NCBI GenBank assembly: GCA_051294375.1
Contig: CM119263.1
Location: 21,436,494-21,500,493 of the forward strand
Reading direction: 5' to 3'
Origin: Paraspadella gotoi
Lineage: Eukaryota; Animalia; Chaetognatha
Length of the DNA stretch: 64,000 bases
Below, one piece after another: positions 54,070 through 64,000 of this stretch. Position numbers and translations under genes: made by a program. Positions within the stretch are counted from its first letter, which is position 1. Each line of letters starts with the position of its first letter. The notes under the pieces are model-generated. The model was not told the DNA's origin. It saw only the letters and a program-made list of their open reading frames with translations, and did not search any database.

Positions 54070-54145
54070 ATTAGAGGAAATTTTATTTATTTCAAACAAA
54101 GATTTTTATTTGTTTTTGTTTGAAATAAATAAAATCGCCTCTAAT
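54070..54145. repeat. AT-rich hairpin (inverted repeat)
   Basis: attagagg..attttatttatttcaaacaaa pairs with tttgtttgaaataaataaaat..cctctaat. Confidence 0.8.
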
Positions 54146-54761
54146 CTACAAACGCAACAAAAGAAAGGATTTCACATAATATCATAAATTCATTCGCGTT
54201 GATTGACATTAAAAATTACAATACGATAAATAATTTTTTCTACTACTACTGTCGCATTAATTACGAACAAGCTTTGAAACGATACATGTGTTCGTAGTTT
54301 TATTTTTTTTTTCAATCCTAATNNNNNNNNNNNNNNNNNNNNNNNNNNNNNNNNNNNNNNNNNNNNNNNNNNNNNNNNNNNNNNNNNNNNNNNNNNNNNN
54401 NNNNNNNNNNNNNNNNNNNNNNNNNNNNNNNNNNNNNNNNNNNNNNNNNNNNNNNNNNNNNNNNNNNNNNNNNNNNNNNNNNNNNNNCGCCCCCGACGGC
54501 GCCAGCCCTCGCCGATCCCGCAGCCCTCGAGGTCGTTCTTCTCATCAACCGATATTTCGGGGGGCGGACGTTTCCGGGTGGAGGGGGGGAGAGGGGTAGA
54601 AATGATGGGGTAAGGTTGGGGGTGGGGAATGAAAGTCTGGAAAGTAAAGAAGATGAGAATGAGGAGGAGGAGGAAGAGGAGGAGGAGGATGAAAATCTCT
54701 GGGGTCTCTCGGGTGGGATTCGGAAAAAGGATTTCCTTGGGTTAAACGGCGACGGAACCGG

Positions 54762-54823
54762 AAAGTAAGTTCATGGGTGGGTTGGTTGGGCGAAAAGTAA
54801 GTTCATGGGTAGGTTGGTTGGGT
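54762..54823 (+). repeat. ~32-bp tandem duplication (aaagtaagttcatgggtrggttggttggg)
   Basis: Two adjacent copies with one mismatch; G-tract rich. Confidence 0.85.
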
Positions 54824-55137
54824 TGGCGTGACGGCGAGGGAACGCATAAACGGCGGGACGTTTGACCGAGAAATTATATTTGATGAACAGGGAAACTATT
54901 TTAACTAATACCTATAGTGAGAAATTGAGTGAAAGACTTTTCTCTTTTACTTCCTTTCGATCTTTCATCTTCATTCTTTTCGTTGTTTTTGCTTCTTTTC
55001 TTTGATTACTTCCATTTTCTCACCTTCCTCCTTTCTTCCTTCATTGTCCCTCCTTCCTTCCTTCCTTTCTTTCTTTCTTTTTCTTTCCTTCTTTCTTTCT
55101 TTCTTTCTTTCTTTTTTTCTTTCTTTCTTTTCTTTCT

Positions 55138-55174
<37 letters not shown>

Positions 55175-55806
55175 TTCTTTCTTTTCTTCCTTCTTTCCTT
55201 CCTTGCCTTCCTTCCTCCCTTCCTTCCTTCCTTTTTCCTTCCTTCCTTCCTTCCTTCCTCCTTTCTTCCTTCCTTCTTTCCTTCCTTCCTTCGTTTCCTT
55301 CCACCGCAATGTCTCTTCTCATTAATTCTCCCCCCATTATCCCTTTCGCCTTCCTCCCCCTCCCCCTCCTCATCTTCCTCCGTTCCTCATCTTCTTCCTC
55401 TTCTCCTTCCTATTCCTCCTCCCTCTTTCAATCTTCGTCCCCTCGCGAAAAACCCTCCTCCGTAACTAAAAGGAAATTGATGAGAAAAAAATTCCGTTTT
55501 GTTCTCAAGGGATTCAGATTTTGTGTTTCGCGCCTTCGGGTCGCCTCGGCCGGTTGTTGTTATCATTATTTTGTCGTTGTTGTTATAGTTTTATTTTGAT
55601 CTTCGAAATGTCTAGGTAGTTCTAGTACTCGCGGAAGCAACTCTATATGTCACTTTTTCGGTCGGCTATCGGTCTATGGTCTTTCTGGTCGGTATTCTGT
55701 CCGTCGGTCGTCCCACTTACATTAAAAAATGTTATATAATTCGCTTATAGTTGTTGTTCATTGTTAAGACGGGGAAAACCTTCAAATCGAAGTTGACTGC
55801 AGGCCG

Positions 55807-55940
55807 CACACTGCCTGATTTTTTCAAAAAACCTCCAGGTTAACGGCCCTGCTTCCTTCCTCCGTCCGTGCTATCTCCAACACACTGGCCTGATTTTCAA
55901 AAAAGACCTCCAGGTTAACGCCCTGCTCCTTCTCCGTCCG
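55807..55940 (+). repeat. ~75-bp tandem duplication
   Basis: cacactg.cctgatttt.caaaaaa.acctccaggttaacg.ccctgct.cctt.ctccgtccg occurs twice with indel differences. Confidence 0.8.
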
Positions 55941-56920
55941 CCTTCAAAAAATCTTAAAACTTGAAAGAAAAAGACAAAAATTCCGATGCAATTCTTGATC
56001 ATAAATACACGTGATAAGAAAGTCACTGTGGGCCAACACATTAGAATTGCCGTTCATGATTATAAATTTTTTTTCAATGGTAGAGAAAGTATTCGAACGC
56101 GGAATCATCCGGACGATTCTTCTCTTATTCTGCAATCGAGATTAACGTAGATATAATCGTGGCCGATATCTTTGGAGTTAGGGAGTGTGACAAGAGTGAG
56201 TGTGACCGACTTAAAGGTAGAGAAATGCGGGAGGCGGAGAGAGAGACGCAAAAAGAGGCGTTTTTTTGTCTGGACCAAAGTTTTTATGCGGCGTCGAAGG
56301 AAATGAAGATTTGAGGAAAGAAAAGTGAGGAAAATAGAGAAGTTGGAGCGAAAAGAGAAGAAAAGTGAGGAAAATAGAGAAGTTGAAGAGATAATGGAGG
56401 AAGGTGAGTGGATTGTAGGTAAGTTAGAGTCGATTGGCAACGAAGAAAAAATTGAACTCGACGAATATAAATGGTAACAAGGTACGTTAGGTACGACTGT
56501 AGATCTGCCCATTTGCCCCATTGTAATAGAAAGTACATATATCCAAAGATAAGAAAACTAAATACTTATAATAAATACGTATCCTTGGAATAGTTTAACT
56601 CACCAAATCTAAAACAACTACGACCACGCAGAAGCAAGTGACGATAATCGTAATAACGATAATTCTTGATTGAAATCTTGATTCCAATCCTGATTCCAAT
56701 GCTGATTTTAATCCTGTTACGAATTTCGATAATGACAATCATGTACCGATCGACATTCGGAGTCAAGCCGAAAACGTCTTCCCTTTTCGTAATCAATTTC
56801 GTCGTCGTAGTCGTCGTCGTCGTTGTCGTCGTCGTCGTCGTCGAAAGACACCTGTCGCTTCCCACGTTTCATCAGGCGATTATGTAAGCGGATTCCCGCG
56901 ATTTGTCTTTTGACTCAGAC

Positions 56921-57052
56921 TGATTGACGAGAAGTGATTATGATTGACGAAAAATTATTATGATTGTCGAGAAGTGATTATGATTGACGATAATTGATTA
57001 TGATTGACGATAATTGATTATGATTGACGATAAGTGATTATGATTGTCGAGA
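56921..57052 (+). repeat. 20-bp minisatellite, ~6.5 copies (tgattgacgataagtgatta)
   Basis: The 20-nt periodicity is directly visible. Confidence 0.9.
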
Positions 57053-60000
57053 GTCGTTGATTGGAATAGATTAACTTAGAATCTATTGATATTGACGAGG
57101 ATCGTAGATTGAGAAAGAATTAGAATTAGTGGCCCCGATTGCCGTGTAAATTGACGATTACATACTGTCGCAAGTACTGATTGGTTGATTTGGCGTTGAT
57201 TAAGACGCTTTGACGCTGCATATATATTTCGCCAAAAACAGATTATTGCTTCCGCTTTGTTCTAGTCGATGAATTCTTCTCTTTGAGAGAAAAATAAAGT
57301 TATATGCAAATGTAAATGTGAGTGAAGACACATTTAATACATTTAGTATGACGGGGGTTACGAGTCTTTAAGTAAGAACTTCATCAAAGGAGAATCTCGT
57401 CCTTTGGCTTTGAAGTGTTTGTCGAGGCTGAAAAAATATTAAGATAATAATTGTACAGTAGCATGATGAAAAAAAAACTGTCGTGGTTACTTTCCAGCTA
57501 TTTTTCGGTATTTTAATGTGAGAATCGAAAAATAAAACTTACATATCAAGAAACTTTGGCTTTTTGTGATTCATATGAGCTGTGTCTCATTTATGTACGA
57601 CAAAAAATACAAGAGTTCCATGCAAAAGAAAATGAGTTGTCCCTAAAAATGCTTCCTTCTTTTTTATCTTTTTCATATCTACACTTTTCATTTATACTAA
57701 TTTGCGGTTCTTTTTTATTACTTTTTGAGTTAATCCGTTAATATTAAAAATTTTTGCCTTTTCTCAGTCTCATGTCTCCATTAGGATAGATTCAGGGATG
57801 AATCTTAATTCATATGTCATAAAAATAATGGCATTAAAAATACATTAATGCTGTATATGCTCCAGAATATTCTTTTTAAATTACAAAGTATTAATAAAAG
57901 TTTTAATGCTCCGAGTAACCTTTTCATTTACCTCTGATGTATTATCAGAACTAAATATCAAACAAGTCCAAAAAAAATCAAGATTTTGTTGAAATGAAAG
58001 ACAATGCATCATCACATTATGCAACAACAACTCAAGCCTGGTTTACTTTATAGGGAATCAATCTTTTTCACTGCTTGCCAAGGACTACTTTTTGCCCGAA
58101 AACTGATAAAAAATTTTATGTAAGAGATATAATATTAATAATAATGTGAGTAGTCCTCTTGATCAAAAAAGGTGAACACAGTTGGAGACAACCTCTTTTA
58201 GAAGTATTTGAATGCATTAAATAATGTTATGCTGTTGAGTAATAATCTTTTTATTAAGTCCTAGGGAGGTCATATTATATATTAAAACTTATTTACCAGC
58301 CAAAAAAATATACTTGACAATGAAATTAACCGACTTTTCAAAACCGCGACAATTTTTTTTCCATCATGGTACTACTTTCAAAAATACCGTTTGAAAACGA
58401 CGTTCTCTTATTCCTGAATCCACAGCAAAAAAAAGGCTCATTCTTTTCTGTTCTCAATTTTATTTTCCTTTTTTTTTTATTAGATTCAATTATGCAAATT
58501 GGGACGCCCGAACGAATAAGCCTCTTCCCTTTTCCCTTTTCTCTCCCATTTTTTTTTATTTTGTCAAATCCAAAAAAAGGGTAAAAAAGGAAGGGACGCG
58601 ATTAACGTAGTAGCATTTAAAAAAAATTTTTTTTAAAAACATTATCTTCGGGATCAGAGAATATATTAACAACCTACTTTTTTTTTACTTTTATGTTTTT
58701 ATGAACAACATCGTCATTTAAACAAATTTATAGCCGTTTCTAGTTTGTACAAACGATATTAATCGTTTCAATTTTCGCTACGCTGCGAAGTGCACAACCC
58801 GGGTGGAGACTGTTTATGTGCTAAAGCGAGCGTGAGATGCAAAAATGATACTTCTTTCTTTCTTTTTTTTGATTTACGCGAGCAGCCAATAATGGGCAAA
58901 AGAGAAAGAGAGAAAAACAGAGAAGAGAGAAAAAAAAACGAGAATGAGTTTTTTTTTTTCTTTTTTTGGTTCTTTGTTTCGCAGCTGCGGTACAGCTGCG
59001 CGTGAAAAAGCGGTCGCAGCGGCGGTACGCTGGCAAAAAAATGAATAAAGACTTAAAAAAAGGAGGAAAAAGGATGACGTCAACTGCGTACCAGTTTTTG
59101 TTTTTTTTTCTTTGTGAATTTTTTATATAAAAGCTTGGGATGGAGGTAACATTCTTAGCAATTACTAATAAGATTACTATACTAGTCTATAGTAGCAATG
59201 CCGATCTAATTTTGGTGCAACAAAGACTCAGAATTGTAAAGTGAACAAAGTAACTGAAAAAAATGTGTTAAGCTCTCTGAACTATAATCTATGGTGTTGT
59301 CAATGACAGTTTTTACTAACGCAAAAGTTGAGATGAAGTCAGTCAAAGTGGGCGTGGCCACGCGAGGAATTCTTCAGGCTAAAAAAACTCGCCGCCAGGC
59401 AGAATTAGAAAGACGTCGTCGTCGTCGTCGCTGCCGTCCCACCTCCAAATCTTCTCCCGTGCCGCGCCCGACGTTTTTTTCTGCTGCCGCCCCCGCTGAC
59501 GCCGCAGCAAACGCCGCCGCCGCCCACGCCGCGGTTCTCCCCTGAGCCGCGCTGCAGCGTCTACTGCAGAAGTCGCTGCGGCGGATGTAGGACGCCGGCC
59601 GATTTTCTCTTTAGTTTTTTTCCTTTTCTGTTTTTTTTTTCTATTTTCCTCCATTTTCTCCCCTTTCCTATTTTTTGGCGGGAGATCTCCATTTTTTTTC
59701 TTCTTTTCCTACTTTTTTGTTTTTNNNNNNNNNNNNNNNNNNNNNNNNNNNNNNNNNNNNNNNNNNNNNNNNNNNNNNNNNNNNNNNNNNNNNNNNNNNN
59801 NNNNNNNNNNNNNNNNNNNNNNNNNNNNNNNNNNNNNNNNNNNNNNNNNNNNNNNNNNNNNNNNNNNNNNNNNNNNNNNNNNNNNNNNNNNNNNNNNNNN
59901 NNNNNNNNNNNNNNNNNNNNNNNNNNNNNNNNNNNNNNNNNNNNNNNNNNNNNNNNNNNNNNNNNNNNNNNNNNNNNNNNNNNNNNNNNNNNNNNNNNNN

Positions 60001-60121
60001 NNNNNNNNNNNNNNNNNNNNNNNNNNNNNNNNNNNNNNNNNNNNNNNNNNNNNNNNNNNNNNNNNNNNNNNNNNNNNNNNNNNNNNNNNNNNNNNNNNNN
60101 NNNNNNNNNNNNNNNNNNNNA

Positions 60122-60152
<31 letters not shown>

Positions 60153-61816
60153 CAAGGAAGGAAGGGTTACACGACCGGATTACACTATCAAAAAAGTTGT
60201 TATAAGAGTGTATGAAGTCAGTTAAGTAAATAAGTATAGCAAAGAGAAAAAAACAAAGATACGAAATTCTTATGCCATTTTTATCTGAAGGTCAGTTTAA
60301 AGAGCAGTGATATCACAGAAATGACAAGCAACAAATTAGCAAAAAAGTTCATCGCGATGAAAAATTATTAAAAATTATAAAAGAGAAAAAAATGTGGGGT
60401 GAACGGTCGAGGATGAGTTGGCTGGCGTCCTCGGTGTGACGTAGCGTCAGTCGTGTGGCGTTGGTGGAACTAGCTGTGTCACGTGACGTGAAGGAGATAC
60501 GACCGAGAAAAAAAATAAATAAAAGGTGAACTTCGGACGGAAGAATAAAAAATGGTTGAAGTCTGAGAGAAAAAAAAGAAAATGGAATCGTTTACGTAAT
60601 GAAGAAAAAATGGGAAGAGTGATATCGCCAAAGAATTTGTACCCGTGTTTCGAAATTGATGGCAAGACAAGGAGATTAAAAAAATATATTAAGGATATCA
60701 GCGTTTTGAAAGGTTCGGTAGTTTTAGAGATTGAAATCGGTAGAACCAATATCATTTTTAATAATTATTATGCGACCGACCGACCTAAAACTACCTCATC
60801 GAGTCTCTGCAGGCGCTCATTCTAAAAATAATAAATAATAAAAAAAATAGAAATTATAAAATAGGATTAAATGGCGGCGGAGAAAAAGTGAGGCCGCTCG
60901 AGATTTTCTAGTAGAACCATTTAATAAATGAATACTTTCTTTTTCTTTTCTTCTTTTCCCTCGTAACTTTTTCCATCTCGTTTTATCTTAATTCTATCTC
61001 CAATTTTCTTCTTTCTTTCTCTCCCTCTTTTTTTCAATGTTTTTTTTNNNNNNNNNNNNNNNNNNNNNNNNNNNNNNNNNNNNNNNNNNNNNNNNNNNNN
61101 NNNNNNNNNNNNNNNNNNNNNNNNNNNNNNNNNNNNNNNNNNNNNNNNNNNNNNNNNNNNNNNNNNNNNNNNNNNNNNNNNNNNNNNNNNNNNNNNNNNN
61201 NNNNNNNNNNNNNNNNNNNNNNNNNNNNNNNNNNNNNNNCTCTCTCTCTTCTTCACAGGGACCAAAAAAAGACAATCAAGTTTAAACGAGAAAAGAGGGA
61301 AAAAGATTTTTTGGAGAAAAGATGAACCCCCAAAAATGGATGAGGGACAATGAAAGAAATTTAATTTTTTTAATAATCTTTCATTATATTCTAGAAGAAT
61401 TCTACCGAACTTGGTTACCCAGAGGTGTTTTTTTTTCTATTCGGAACCAATGTCTCTCTCTCTTTTCACTCATTCTTTGAGTGTCTTCTCTTACTCAACC
61501 AAAAAGCAACCCCTTACCCTAACGCTGTCACACTTTCCCTTACCTCTTTCTTCCCCTCATCTCCAGCTCCATCGGCTCCTCTATCGCAGCCCCCNNNNNN
61601 NNNNNNNNNNNNNNNNNNNNNNNNNNNNNNNNNNNNNNNNNNNNNNNNNNNNNNNNNNNNNNNNNNNNNNNNNNNNNNNNNNNNNNNNCCTCGTTGGCTT
61701 CTTTCTCTCCCAACATAAATTCGTTTTTTATGACATCCATAAGAAGTGAAGCAGAAGCCCTTGTTTTTCCTTCCCGAGGAGCGCATCGACTTTTTTGCCG
61801 TTTCTCAATTTTTCTT

Positions 61817-61852
<36 letters not shown>

Positions 61853-63174
61853 TTTATTGTTTTCTTTTAATTCTTTCCGTCCGATCGTCGTTTTCTGCCT
61901 CCGACGAAGAGAAGATGGTTGAAGGGAAAGAGGGGGCGGGTTTTCTTTTTTCGTTCAGCCGATTTTTTCGGGAATTGGAAGTCAATTACTGGTGAAAAAT
62001 TTATATTTTACATAATTTTATTATAACTAACGTTCAAAAAAAAGACGATTTTATCAAAAAAAGTTTTTGTCGCTATTCTCTAGCTACGAATAGTATCTGA
62101 CGAATTCTCTTTGGCCTAATAAAACAGGGGTTTGTAATATTCATTGTAATATATATTTAAGGTCAACAAATACAAAATAATACGATACGGTGAAACAGTT
62201 TCTTCGGAGCTACGGCTAAAACTACAAACTTTCAAAGCGAGCAAAAACGAAGTACAATTTTGTTTACATTTTACAAACATTTCTAGAACACTGGGCGGAG
62301 ATTTCTTTGGGTTGCACCAGAGTATTCTGACATTTTGCTATGCTATTAACGTTCATAAAACAAAATTAATTCAAAAAATTAATCTCTGTTAGTCACATTA
62401 AAACTTAAATCTGATAAAAACAATAATACCTTAGCATAATTATTTTCAAAAGCGAATAAAAATTGTTCAAAAATGGTTCTTTTTCTAAATGTCGCAGTTC
62501 CCCGCCCACTTTATCTCTCTTCCTTTCTGTTTTCCTATCGCTGTTAAAATAGCGGAATCCTTCTAAAAAATTGATTGGAACTTGGGACATCTGAGCCGTC
62601 GATACTCGAGACAAAGTAAAGAGGGGGAAAGCGAATTAAAACTTCGCCGAGAAAAAATGATAAAAAAACAAAAACTCAATCCTGGAAAAACGATAAAGAT
62701 GGCGCGGAGTAAAATCGGACGAGCTGAGAGAGAGAGAGAGTTGGGAGAGAAAGAGAGAGAGGAGATGAGAGACGGAGAGAGAGAGGAGAGGAGGGGAGAG
62801 GAGGGGGAGGGAGAGAGAGAGGAGAGAAAGGAGAAGACGAGAGGAATGAAGTGTGTTAACATATTGATCGGAAACTGGAAAAAGAGAAAGGAGGCCGTAT
62901 ATAAATTGAATCCGTATCTTTATAGTACTTTACTGACAAACACCCGAGTCTCCGCGCCCACTCGATATCAGAGTTGAATCGAAGTGAAAATTGACGTACG
63001 AACCAACGAGGAGGCATCGATCCGATTTTGGACCGAAAGATACGCAAATACTTTGAGCGTCGGAATTGGTTATTAGCAACGAGGGGGAGTAGAAGTTGAA
63101 GCAGTTATGCATTTCTCTGCATTTTTGTCTTTGCTGGTAAATTGATTTAATTTTCAAATCTTTTGTGAAAAGAG

Positions 63175-63213
<39 letters not shown>

Positions 63214-63317
63214 GAAAAATATAAAGAAAGAGAGAAATTTTAATTCCAAATATTGGGTAAAAATCCATTGGGTTCTGCGCTGAATTTGTTTTGCGAAGCC
63301 GCTTCCGCTGCCGTCGC

Positions 63318-63349
<32 letters not shown>

Positions 63350-63943
63350 CTGCAGACGAGCACCATCGGCTGAGAATTCTTATTAAGTTTCTGTTTCATT
63401 TCTTTTATTTTTTGTGTTTTTTTGTTGGTGAATATGTCAGAAAAAAAAGGAATTTTTTTATGTTTTTTTTGGGTAGAAAAGGGGGTTTAATAAATAAAAA
63501 GACAACAAAGATACTAGAAAACAAATTATATTTGCTAAAAAATATTAATCATTATAAACAAACAAATAGAATTAAACTTGGTGTCACTGAATCTAAGTTT
63601 TGAAAAAAAAAATGCCTAACTTAACAATATTGGAAAAAAGCAAAAGTTAAAAAAAGTCGTAACCTCTTTGAACAAAAAACTAGTTGCGTTTCGTGGCCGC
63701 GTTTTTGGTTGGGGAAGTCGCATCTTCCATGTTCGGAAAAAGAGACGGCGGCGGGTGGGGGGCGTAACGGGGGACGGGTGGAGGAAGGAACTTTGCAAAA
63801 ACGAAGAACAGGAAAAAGAGAAAATTTTTCGAAAAGTCGTAAAAAAAAAAAGATCTTTTTCCAAGTTATTAGAGAAAATATAAAAAAAAGAGGATTAGAG
63901 TGGGAGGAAGGAGGAGGAGGGAGGAGGAAGGAAGGGAGAGATT

Positions 63944-64000
<57 letters not shown>

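Noticed and set aside
56921-57052. CRISPR-like periodicity
   Set aside because: No unique spacers, no cas genes, and the context is eukaryotic.

Overview
AT-rich eukaryotic (insect-like, inferred) draft-assembly sequence, almost entirely non-coding, with many N gaps and dense (GA)n, (AAAG)n, (GAAC)n and (GAAT)n microsatellites. Nearly all ORFs in the supplied track are translations of microsatellites or gaps. The only confidently protein-derived region is a frameshift-riddled BEL/Pao LTR retrotransposon on + (~21.2-27.0 kb) with Gag zinc knuckles, protease, RNase H and integrase, which appears to lack the reverse transcriptase core. Four adjacent duplications (0.4-3.9 kb) differ mainly by single-base indels and look like long-read gap-filling artefacts. 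The most interesting signals are two inverted-repeat elements carrying minimal type I hammerhead ribozyme motifs of the Penelope-like-element kind (a near-perfect 181-bp palindrome at 19762-19942 and a spacer-containing element at 15566-15927), and a recurring E-box (TCACGTGA) plus CRE (TGACGT) module at four independent sites. No host gene could be identified with confidence, and I cannot claim a new biological system from sequence alone.
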